From contig NIVC01003354.1 of the NCBI GenBank assembly GCA_002269645.1, positions 38,634 through 102,633 on the forward strand: a stretch of DNA of 64,000 bases, written 5' to 3'. Under the pieces are notes generated by a model. The model saw only the letters and a program-made list of their open reading frames with translations, did no database searches and was not told the origin of the DNA. Below, one piece after another: positions 24,815 through 36,800 of the stretch; the stretch's first letter is position 1; each line of letters starts with the position of its first letter. The DNA comes from Macrostomum lignano (lineage: Eukaryota). Made by a program: the position numbers and the translations under genes.

Positions 24815-25830
24815 CAACCGGGAATGAGGGGAGAATCAACCGGGAAAGAGGGGAGAATCTACCGGAAAGGGGGAAAGTCAACCGGGAATGAGGGGAGAAT
24901 CAACCGGGAAAGAGGGGAGAATCAACCGGGAATGAGAGGAGAATCAACCGGGAAAGAGGGGAGAATCAACCGGGAAAGAGGGGAGAATCAACCGGGAAAG
25001 AGGGGAGAATCAACCGGGAATGAGAGGAGAATCAACCGGGAAAGAGGGGAGAATCAACCGGGAAAGAGGGGAGAATCAACCGGGAAAGAGGGGAGAATCA
25101 ACCGGGAATGAGGGGAGAATCAACCGGGAATGAGGGGAGAATCAACCGGGAATGAGGGGAGAATCAACCGGGAAAGAGGGGAGAATCAACCGGGAATGAG
25201 GGGAGAATCAACCGGGAATGAGGGGAGAATCAACCGGGAATGAGGGGAGAATCAACCGGGAAAGAGGGGAGAATCAACCGGGAATGAGAGGAGAATCAAC
25301 CGGGAAAGAGGGGAGAATCAACCGGGAAAGAGGGGAGAATCAACCGGGAATGAGGGGAGAATCAACCGGGAATGAGAGGAGAATCAACCGGGAAAGAGGG
25401 GAGAATCAACCGGGAATGAGGGGAGAATCAACCGGGAATGAGGGGAGAATCAACCGGGAATGAGGGGAGAATCAACCGGGAATGAGGGGAGAATCAACCG
25501 GGAATGAGGGGAGAATCAACCGGGAATGAGGGGAGAATCAACCGGGAATGAGGGGAGAATCAACCGGGAATGAGGGGAGAATCAACCGGGAATGAGGGGA
25601 GAATCAACCGGGAATGAGGGGAGAATCAACCGGGAATGAGGGGAGAATCAACCGGGAATGAGGGGAGAATCAACCGGGAATGAGGGGAGAATCAACCGGG
25701 AAAGAGGGGAGAATCCACCGGGAATGAGAGGAGAATCAACCGGGAATGAGGGGAGAATCAACCGGGAAAGAGGGGAGAATCCACCGGGAATGAGGGGAGA
25801 ATCAACCGGGAATGAGGGGAGAATCAACCA
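24815..25830. repeat. Intronic minisatellite, 22 bp (gggaatgaggggagaatcaacc)
   Basis: About 45 copies; NCS intron 1. Confidence 0.97.
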
Positions 25831-26659
25831 GGTAGAAGGGGGAGAATTGACCGAGGAAGTTTGGGATCAAGACTTCCAGGCAAGAGGACAGTTTTTCCAT
25901 CACGAGAACGAAGTACCTTAAAGAGCAGCCGTGTTTGTCAATCCAGCTGGTCTGACTAAACACCCAAAAAGTGCACCCTGGTAGCCATACTGCCCCGGCC
26001 CTGTCAAAACACAGGGCCATCTTCACCGGGCAGTATTCTTCAGCTGAGCCAGTCTCCAACCGGCCGCATCTATAATACACTCACTTACACTTGCTCTGTC
26101 AATCACTTCCCAGCTTCAGCTTTTGGTCTAAATTGTGAACCCATTCCACTTTACTGCCCTTTACTCCTCTGCGCCTCTCCGCCTCTCGCTTGCGTGAACC
26201 CGCAAGTGGCCCCTTCGGAGCCTCGGAGCTCTGCTCTCAAGTACCTCCTGCCTTCCCCTTCCTCCTGCACAGCCGCAGCAGTCCGAGCTCTCCTGCCTAC
26301 TATGCGCTCCTCTACCAGATCCATCGCCTCCCTTGCCTGCCCAACTGCCTGCCTTTTCTCTCTTTCACTCGCTCCAGACCTCAGGACTCGAACCCTTAAT
26401 TAATGGGGCACGCAAGGCGGCATGGAGATGGGGGGAGGGGCTCAGTGCCAGCGAAGCGAGTGCCGACTGAAAAAAGCAAAATTGGAAGCGAGTGAGGGAG
26501 GGAAAAGGAGAAAGGTTTCTGCGGAAGAGATTGACTGGGTTGTCAGGACGGATGGTTTCTCTGGGACGGGAAGGCATTGCAGCCAAATGCTGGTTCGGAT
26601 GCTGATGCCGTCAGTTTGTTTTTACCGACTTAAGCTTTGCGAGAGATCCGAGAGGCGTA

Positions 26660-27420
26660 GCGGGCGCCAGCTGAAGGGATCTGGGAGTGTGGTGGGGCGC
26701 CTGATGAAGAATCTGGGAATTTGGTGGGGCGCGGGGCGCGCGCTGAAGGATCAAGGAATGTGGGGCGCGGGGCGCCAGCTGAAAGTATCTGGGAGTGTGT
26801 TAGGGCGCCAGCTGAAGGGATCTGGGAGTGTGGTGGGCGTGGAGCGCCAGCTGAAGGGATCTGGGAGTGTGGTGGGCGTGGAGCGCCAGCTGAAGGGATC
26901 TGGGAGTGTGGTGGGGCGCGGAGCGCCAGCTGAAGGGATCTGGGAGTGTGGTGGGGCGCGGAGCGCCAGCTGAAGGGATCTGGGAGTGTGGTGGGGCGCG
27001 AAGCGCCAGCTGAAGGGATCTGGGAGTGTGGTGGGGCGCGGAGCGCCAGCTGAATGGATCTGGGAGTGTGGTGGGGCGCGGAGCGCCAGCTGAAGGGATC
27101 TGGGAGTGTGGTGGGGCGCGGAGCGCCAGCTGAAGGGATCTGGGAGTGTGGTGGGGCGCGGAGCGCCAGCTGAAGGAATCTGGGAGTGTGTTGGGGCGCG
27201 GAGCGCCAGCTGAAGGAATCTGGGAGTGTGGTGGGGCACCAGCTGAAGGGATCTGGGAGTGTGATGGGGTGAAGGGATCTGGGAGTGTGGTGGAGGGAGG
27301 CCAGCTGAAGGGATATTGGAGTGTGATGGGGTGAAGGGATCTGGGAGTGTTGTGGGGCGCGAGACACCAGCTGAAGGGATCTGGGATCTGCGGTGGGATG
27401 GGGCGCCAGCTGAAGGATTC
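26660..27420. repeat. Intronic G-rich minisatellite, ~40 bp (gcgccagctgaagggatctgggagtgtggtggggcgcgga)
   Basis: Homogeneous core with degenerate edges; NCS intron 1. Confidence 0.95.
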
Positions 27421-27616
27421 TGAGAGTACGGTGGGGTGCCAGCTGCAGAATTTGGGTGCATCAGAGCTCACTCTGAGGGAGCTGGCCTCTGTAAGTCAGA
27501 GCATGTATTCGATAATGAGTGCTGCATAACTTGTGCAAGGTACCCCTCAATGGATTTATGCTACAACGATCATGCAGCTGACATTTACGGAAAAAAGGCA
27601 GAAAAATTCCACTCAC

Positions 27617-27730
27617 AATAAAACCACGATACCACTGCTTAATCTGCTTCTTAGTAAAGTTGGTGTTTGACATCAGAAACTGCATATCCTCCTTCGGCAA
27701 CTTCTTCCGGGGTCCAATCGAGTTGCCCAT
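27617..27730 (-). CDS. ncs-2: Neuronal calcium sensor (NCS-2-like), coding exon 1 of 3
   Basis: [38 protein letters not shown]|gtgagt; 114 nt. Gly2 is a candidate myristoylation site. The joined CDS is an intact 191-aa protein whose motifs ([36 protein letters not shown]) match the NCS-2 subgroup. Confidence 0.93.
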
Positions 27731-28454
27731 GTCTTCTTGGCTTAACTATGGAAGAAAGGCTTTTGAGAGCTGAGTAGTTGGCGCTGTCTGATTTACCTGC
27801 TAGCGCAGTGCTCGCTTTCACCGCTAGTGCACTGGCGAACTTAATGCTAGGCGCTGGGGGAGCCGCTCGCTAACTTGGGATGCAGAGAACTGGGCAGGCA
27901 CTGCTAAGGCTGCACCGAGCGGAGACGAGAGGATAGAGAGCAGGCCGGAGGGGAGGTCGCAGGACGGAGCGAGACGGAGAGACGGATGCGGTGAGCAAAG
28001 AGGCTGGATGCGTGGGAATGATGAAGAGTGGGGAAGGGAGGCCGATACCTCCCGTTTATGGAGGCTTGGCCGGGAGAGAGGAGATGGGGGTGAGAGGTGC
28101 AGGCCGAAGCAGTGGCTGAGACGGGAAGGAGAGGCATGGAGATGGAGAGAGCAAAGGGAGAAGAAGCTCAGGCTCAGAGAGTCAGGCCAGTGAGAGCTTG
28201 AGGCTTTCAGCAGCAACCTTCAGCCTCTGTCTCACCCTGGCGCCCGATTTCCCAGCCTCTTCCGCATCCCAATCCGGCCAGTGGGGAGTGCGCAAGACGG
28301 GTACGGGGATGAGGGGACGAGAGTTCTCATCCTCATTCCGCCAGCCCGCACATGAAGCTGCGACCGACCAGCGCAGCTCTCCCCAGCACGGCGCCTCTCT
28401 CTCTTAACTTCCCCACAGCGACCAAGGGCTTCTGCTTTGTGAACGACCACGCGA

Positions 28455-28459
<5 letters not shown>

Positions 28460-28545
<86 letters not shown>
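28460..28545. repeat. (GA)n microsatellite
   Basis: Direct inspection. Confidence 0.98.
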
Positions 28546-28547
<2 letters not shown>

Positions 28548-29919
28548 TGAGTGAGTGGTGTGATCCGACCTTTCTAACCGCGGGGCAAAATGTGGATTTT
28601 AAGGAACCGGGCTCAGGGCACAAATGAGGTTCCGCATTCATTCCTTTCTGCTTCTTCCCTTCCTTCCCTCTCCCTCACCGACTCAGCAATTCACAGCAAA
28701 GTCGCTCTCAGATGCATTAGCATACTTATCCCCGGCGCCCTCGCCCTCTTCAGCCGTTATCCGTCGCTGACTCACTCGCTTCCACTTCAGTCTCGCCCCA
28801 CTCCCATTCTCTCAGGCCGCATCCCATGCGCCCAAATCTCCCCTTCTTCCTCCTCCTCCGCCCCCCTGTTGCAAGTTGATTAATCCCAATAGGCTGGGTC
28901 TCCCGTTTCGAAAGCAGCTCCTCTTTAAGGTAACGTAAAAGATGATGTAGAAAAAACAGCAATTTGTTAATTAGGAGGCAAGGAACCGGCCTGTTGCTCC
29001 CGGCTACCAGAGGGAAGCCCCCACTCTCTGCCTCAGTCTTTGCCTGTCTCTGTCTGCCTCTCAGTCGGGTGGGTCTTCGGGAAACACAACAGGCGAACTA
29101 CTCGAGAATCGATGTAGAAAAATCGGCTCATCATCGAACTAAGCAAAACATCGTCTCGTAGCGGCTTAGCGGCCATATTTAACACTGTAGCAAGAGCGAG
29201 CCCCTGGGTGAAAATTCTTCTTTGACACCTACCCACTATGAGCCCCCCCCCCCTACGCTTAATCCTTCAAAATCGATGCTTCGCTACCCCCCCCCCCAGG
29301 CAGACACTACCGGGCTGTAGGGCATTGATTTTGGGCCGACGACAGACACGCTTGATTGAGGGGAGAAGCAGCCCGGCTCGGGGTAGCAACGGCGGAGAAC
29401 GACAAATTCGGCGACAAAAAAGAGAAGAACACGAATGACAGGAGGTGTGCAGTCTTTAAATAGGCGCGAGTCCACCCCGTTTCTAAAATTTTCCTCATAT
29501 TGCGACTCTTTGGCCCGAGAATTTCCCAACGGGAAACCGAAGAGCGAGCGCGGACGGGGAGACTTTAGTCCACCAGCAGCAGCAGCAGCAGCAGTGCCTC
29601 TTCCTCGTGTGCCTAAAGGGTGGGGATTTCCTGTGTTTCTTCCCAATCCTTGAGAACTACTCAGACCCCGACAGGGATCGGGGGGGGGGAGGGGCTGCTT
29701 CCTGAGGCTTTTCAGTCCGGAGAGGAAGTTAAAAAAAGCTGAAATAGACTGGCTGGGCCCGGGCTAATTCTGTCACTTGAATAGCTTGTGGGATTGAAGT
29801 ATAAACAATTGAAGCTTAGGTCTGCGATTCAGATGCGTGCTCTGAGGAGAGATGGGAGAGACGGGATGGGAAGATTATAGTAGCCAGGTAGAGGCAGAGG
29901 TAGAGACAGTAGGGAAGAG

Positions 29920-30890
29920 ACATGTGAGAAGAGACAGTTGAGAAGAGACAGGTGAGAAGAGACAGGTGAGAAGAGACAGTTGAGAAGAGAGATTGGGAAG
30001 AGACAGGTGAGAAGAGACAGTTGAGAAGAGACAGGTGAGAAGAGACAGTTGAGAAGAGAGATTGGGAAGAGACAGGTGAGAAGAGACAGTTGAGAAGAGA
30101 CAGGTGAGAAGAGACAGGTGAGAAGAGACAGGTGAGAAGAGACAGTTGAGAAGAGACAGTGAGAAGAGACAGGTGAGAAGATACAGGTGACAAGTGACAA
30201 GTGAGAAGAGACAGTTGAGAAGAGACAAGTGAGAAAAAACAAGTGACAAGTGACAAGTGACAAGTGAGAAGAGACAGGTGAGAAGAGACAGGTGAGAAGA
30301 GACAGGTGACAAGTGACAAGTGAGAAGAGACAGTTGAGAAGAGACAAGTGAGAAAAAACAAGTGACAAGTGACAAGTGACAAGTGAGAAGAGACAGGTGA
30401 GAAGAGACAGGTAAGAAGAAACAGGTGAGAAGAGACCGTTTGAGAAGAGACAGTTGAGAAGAGACAAGTGAGAAGAGACAGGTGAGAAGAAACAAGTGAC
30501 AAGTGACAAGTGAGAAGAGACAGGTGAGAAGAGACAGGTGAGAAGAGACATGTGAGAAGAGAGAGGAGAGAAGAGACAGGTTTGAAAAGAGAGATGAGAA
30601 GAGACAGGTGAGAAAAGAGAGATGAGAAGAGACAGGTGAGAAAAGAGAGATGAGAAGAGACAGGTGAGAAGAGACAGGTGAGAAGAGACAGGTGAGAAGA
30701 GACAGGTGAGAAGAGACAGGTGAGAAGAGACAGGTGAGAAGAGACAGGTGAGAAGAGACAGGTGAGAAGAGACAGTGAGAAGAGACAGGTGAGAAGAGAC
30801 AGGTGAGAAGAGACAGTGAGAAGAGACAGGTGAGAAGAGACACGCGAGAAGAGCCGGGAGCAGAAACAGGTGAGATTAGGCAAGTAAGAA
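29920..30890. repeat. Purine-rich minisatellite, 14 bp (gagaagagacaggt) with (gacaagt)n sub-runs
   Basis: Direct inspection. Source of three long Leu/Ser repeat ORFs. Confidence 0.96.
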
Positions 30891-32467
30891 GGATACAAGG
30901 TGGGGGCCAGTATGAGTGCATTAAAGTCAGAAGAGAAAGCGCAGAATGAATGGAATTGCAACCCTCGCCCTGATCACCCCAGATCGAGCTGAGCAACTGC
31001 AGCATACGAAGGCGCAATACATGATATTTCGCACCAATTGGCGAGCAGTCGAAGAAGAGCGACAATTAATGTAGCTATCCGCTCTTGGGCCTCTGAGAAC
31101 TGGGACCAAGGGCGGCTGCTCAGCCAGCTCAGTGATGGGGCTCATTAATTATTGATACGCATACTCAGGCCGCTGGGCGCTGGCCCAGCAAGCTAAAAAC
31201 TCTCATCTCCTTGTATTCAGGTTCTCGTCTTCTCATTTGCCTCGCCTGTCTGTCGTCTCTACTCGAGTCATTCTCTGTTTTGGTGCGTGGGATTTCTGGC
31301 TTAGCGAAAATACGAGATTATCTCTCCCTCTGTCTCTCTCTCTCCACGGACTCGGAGCTGGGTTGAGGGGCGATATTCGATATAAATAGAAGGGAAAATG
31401 CATATAAGACAGAGACAGGCTTACAGCACCAGCAAAGGCAAGAGACGCAGCCGCGTAAAAACGGGTTCTAGTTGGCGATTTTCGCGCGTGTTTTTTCTTA
31501 TTGCTCAAATTCCCGACGCGCTGCTCACTATATTTAGATCTTTCATTTTATTAAGAGTTCTTCTTCGAAAGTAGGAACTGTTGAGTCTCGGGCAGCCCGC
31601 CGCTTGCTTCATAATTGGCCCCGGCTGAACTCAAGCGCCGATCAGCCACCCTCGGGAGCCCTCTCACCTCCTGCTGTAGTACTCTAGTCTCTTCTATAGA
31701 AACAGCAAGAGGGGGGTAGGGAGGAGAGCAAAAGGAAGGCCAGGGCCTCGCGAAAGTCATAATTGAATTGGACAATCTAATTCCCATTCGAGACACGGGG
31801 CTAATGAGTAGCCAGTTCTGTTTCAGGGGGCCCCGGCCGAACGAGTTCTCTGAAAAGAAAACCTGGACGGCAGCCAGAGAATCTCTGAAGAATCGCAACC
31901 ACTCTAACTCACTCTGAGGCCATCCCATGGGGAATGAAAATCGGGGGCTGGGGGGAGGGGGAGAGGAGAGGGAGAAAGCGAATGGCAAAATAAAGGGGGC
32001 AGTGCAGCGCTGGATCAGTGCTCCGCTTTCCTAATCCACCCATCCCGCCCTTCACGCTCCCCTCGCTCATCAATCCATCCATCCCTGGTGGTCCCAGTCG
32101 CTGATCTGCACTGTTTAACCAAAGGAACTGTCTGTTTTAAAGCTCCAGCCTACATGCTGTTTGCATGCGGTGCTGTACATCTGATTAAAACAATAACAAA
32201 AATAGAGCTTCTAGAAATGTTGGGATTAAACAATGAAAACGCTCGGCTTGGCGTGCAGAAGTTAATTCTGGAAGCAGGCATGACTAGGATCTGGGCAGTT
32301 GGATATGACAAAATCTAAATTGAAGCAAAATGCACAGTTAAGTACTTTATGCTTCTTTAAAGCTTAAGAATTTCGTTAGGAGTGATTACTTCTGGAAACA
32401 AAATTAATTTCCGGCTTTTGGCGCAGATTCGAATTTGAATTAACGAAACAACCTGACTGTGCGTTGA

Positions 32468-32753
32468 AGTTTTATTACACCGGCCCCAATGTGCAGATGT
32501 GCAACCGACAGCTCAGCCGCAGCTATTGCGCGGCGCATCTGAAGGCTGCGTACGGCTGTTCAGTCCAAGGACTGGGGGGTCGCCACACACAGCCTCAATT
32601 ACCCCAGCTAATGCTGGCACCCATTTTACAGCTGGGTGAACTGAAGCAATGCAGAGTTGTCTTGCTCAAGGACACAAATTGTTCCGAGTAGGTCGAGAAT
32701 CGAACCCCCGACCTTTTAGTCCTGAGTCGCTCTAACCACTAGGCTACAACCCC
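32468..32753 (-). mobile_element. tRNA-derived CORE-like SINE, copy 3 (longest 3' end)
   Basis: Near-identical body to copy 2. The minus-strand 3' end reads gcacatctgcacattggggccggtgtaataaa. Confidence 0.9.
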
Positions 32754-33827
32754 GACAATACAAATTCCGACCACAAAGTTCTGGAAAAAACTCTAAAAGA
32801 CATATTCGAGAGTACTAAAATGATTAGACTATCATTTTTGCAAGCGAGATAGTAAAGACGGATACATGAGCCGTCCTGGTAGTAGCGGAAAGGTTATTTG
32901 GGAGGATATTAGGGATGCGGCCGCGCCTCTCTACGCTGAGTCCGGCATAAATATTTCAGGCGGCTTTTCTCTCCCACTTCTCTCCGCATCCTTCTCCCCT
33001 GAGCCTCCAGAGCCCTGGGTCCGATGCTCCCCCCCCCCCCCCCCCGGATCGGCCTGGCAGCTGGGCTCGCCATCTGCGGGCTGAAGCTGGGAGACGCACA
33101 GGGAGGGGAGAACACGCCGTTGGGATCAATGGCCGGTCTGCCGCGGCCGTGGATGCGCCACAAAACATCGCGCACGGGAACGTAGAGGAGGGGAACTGCC
33201 GGCTAGGAAGAGGAAGAGCTCTAGGAAGAGTGGGTAAAAGACTTGGAACGGATGGGAATCTGGGGATGGGAGGCTGCGGAAGTGCTGAACGCAAGCTAGG
33301 TGTGTCTGGAGCTCGTCTTCCTGCAATTCCTCATCCCTTTATCCTTTCTGCAGCGCCACACATCCCATGTCCCTATCTGCGGCTCACCCTAGCCAGCCGC
33401 CTGCTCAGCCCTCCAGTTATACGGCAGTTTTTTCCGCATCAATACGGAGCTACATGTACTAGAAGATAGCTTTGACTTTCTTTATACTATCAGTAGCAAT
33501 TACCGCATTTTTTCAGTTTAGCCAGCTACGCACAAAACAATGACAGGCAGTCCCCAGCGGGAAGAGCTCGGATTCACTTGCTGGCCCTGGTGGAGAAGGA
33601 GGCTGGGCGGCGGTGCAGCTGGATGCGCATGAATAATTACGGATCCCTTTCGAGTCTGGCCCGGCCCAGTTGAGGTAAATCAGATTAGTCCCATGTTCGC
33701 TGGCGGGTTGGCAGCCTTATGGAAACTATTTATACACGTAGAGACGGGGGCGAAGATAGAAAGTCGAAATAAATGAAGAAGGTTGGAAAGCCGGCACATG
33801 TAGCGGATTTGTGGAGGGCTGCACGAG

Positions 33828-36800
33828 CAATTCAACTCCAACTAGGACACCTGGATTGTTGCAATTAGACCCCAATTGGGACACCTGGATTGTTGCAATT
33901 AGACCCCAATTGGGACACCTGGATTGTTGCAATTCAACTCCAATTGGGACATCTGGATTGTTGCAATTAGACCCCAATTGGGACACCTGGATTGTTGCAA
34001 TTAGACCCCAATTGGGGCACCTGGATTGCTGCAATTCAACTCCAACTAGGACACCTGGATTGTTGCAATTCAACCCCCATTGGGACACCTGGATTGTTGC
34101 AATTCAACTCCAACTAGGACACCTGGATTGTTGCAATTCAACCCCCATTGGGACACCTGGATTGTTGCAATTCAACTCCAATTAAGACACCTGGATTGTT
34201 GCAATTCAACTCCAATTAAGACACGTGGATTGTTGCAATTCAACTCCAATTAAGACTCGTGGATTGTTGCATTTCAACTCCAATTAAGACACGTGGATTG
34301 TTGCAATTCAACTCGAATTAAGACACCTGGATTGTTGCAATTCAACTCGAATTAAGACACCTGGATTGTTGCAATTCAACTCCAATTAAGACACGTGGAT
34401 TGTTGCAATTCAACTCCAAATAAGACTCCTGGATTGTTGCAATTCAACTCCAATTAAGACACCTGGATTGTTGCAATTCAACTCCAATTAAGACACGTGG
34501 ATTGTTGCATTTCAACTCCAATTAAGACACCTGGATTGTTGCATTTCAACTCCAATTAAGACACCTGGATTGTTGCAATTCAACTCCAATTAAGACACCT
34601 GGATTGTTGCAATTCAACTCCAAATAAGACACCTGGATTGTTGCAATTCAACTCCAATTAAGACACCTGGATTGTTGCAATTCAACTCCAATTAAGACAC
34701 GTGGATTGTTGCAATTCAACTCCAAAAAGGACACCTGGATTGTTGCATTTCAACTCTAATTAAGACACGTGGATTGTTGCAATTCAACTCCAATTAAGAC
34801 ACCTGGATTGTTGCAATTCAACTCTAATTAAGACACCTGGATTGTTGCAATTCAACTCCAATTAAGACACGTGGATTGTTGCAATTCAACTCCAAATAAG
34901 ACACCTGGATTGTTGCATTTCAACTCCAATTAAGACACGTGGATTGTTGCAATTCAACTCCAAATAAGACACGTGGATTGTTGCATTTCAACTCCAATTA
35001 AGACACCTGGATTGTTGCAATTCAACTCCAATTAAGACACCTGGATTGTTGCAATTCAACTTCAAATAAGACACCTGGATTGTTGCATTTCAACTCCAAA
35101 TAAGACACGTGGATTGTTGCAATTCAACTCCAATAAAGACACCTGGATTGTCGCAATTCAACTCCAATTAAGACACCTGTATTGTTGCAATTCAACTCCA
35201 ATTAAGACACCTGGATTGTTGCATTTCAACTCGAATTAAGACACGTGGATTGTTGCAATTCAACTCCAATAAAGACACCTGGATTGTTGCAATTCAACTC
35301 GAATTAAGACACGTGGATTGTTGCAATTCAACTCCAATTAAGACACCTGGATTGTTGCATTTCAACTCCAATTAAGACACGTGGATTGTTGCATTTCAAC
35401 TTCAATTAAGACACGTGGATTGTTGCAATTCAACTCCAATTAAGACACCTGGATTGTTGCAATTCAACTCCAATTAAGACACCTGGATTGTTGCAATTCA
35501 ACTCCAATTAAGACACGTGGATTGTTGCAATTCAACTCCAATTAAGACTCGTGGATTGTTGCATTTCAACTCCAATTAAGACACCTGGATTGTTGCAATT
35601 CAACTCCAATTAAGACACCTGGATTGTTGCAATTCAACTCGAATTAAGACACCTGGATTGTTGCAATTCAACTCCAATTAAGACACCTGGATTGTTGCAA
35701 TTCAACTCCAAATAAGACTCCTGGATTGTTGCAATTCAACTCCAATTAAGACACCTGGATTGTTGCAATTCAACTCCAATTAAGACACGTGGATTGTTGC
35801 ATTTCAACTTCAATTAAGACACGTGGATTGTTGCAATTCAACTCCAATTAAGACACGTGGATTGTTGCAATTCAACTCCAATTAAGACACGTGGATTGTT
35901 GCATTTCAACTTCAATTAAGACACCTGGATTGTTGCAATTCAACTTCAATTAAGACACGTGGATTGTTGCAATTCAACTCCAATTAAGACACGTGGATTG
36001 TTGCAATTCAACTCCAATTAAGACACGTGGATTGTTGCATTTCAACTCCAATTAAGACACGTGGATTGTTGCAATTCAACTCCAAATAAGACACCTGGAT
36101 TGTTGCAATTCAACTCCAATTAAGACACCTGGATTGTTGCAATTCAACTCCAATTAAGACACCTGGATTGTTGCATTTCAACTTCAATTAAGACACGTGG
36201 ATTGTTGCAATTCAACTCCAATTAAGACACGTGGATTGTTGCAATTCAACTCCAAAAAGGACACCTGGATTGTTGCATTTCAACTCCAATTAAGACACGT
36301 GGATTGTTGCAATTCAACTCCAATTAAGACACCTGGATTGTTGCAATTCAACTCTAATTAAGACACCTGGATTGTTGCATTTCAACTCCAATTAAGACAC
36401 GTGGATTGTTGCAATTCAACTCCAAATAAGACACCTGGATTGTTGCATTTCAACTCCAATTAAGACACGTGGATTGTTGCAATTCAACTCCAATTAAGAC
36501 ACGTGGATTGTTGCATTTCAACTCCAATTAAGACACCTGGATTGTTGCAATTCAACTCCAATTAAGACACCTGGATTGTTGCAATTCAACTTCAAATAAG
36601 ACACCTGGATTGTTGCATTTCAACTCCAAATAAGACACGTGGATTGTTGCAATTCAACTCCAATAAAGACACCTGGATTGTTGCAATTCAACTCCAATTA
36701 AGACACCTGGATTGTTGCAATTCAACTCCAATTAAGACACCTGGATTGTTGCATTTCAACTCGAATTAAGACACGTGGATTGTTGCAATTCAACTCCAAT

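Noticed and set aside
29816-31065. Long Leu/Ser/Cys-rich ORFs resembling membrane proteins
   Set aside because: Translation of the (gagaagagacaggt)n array.
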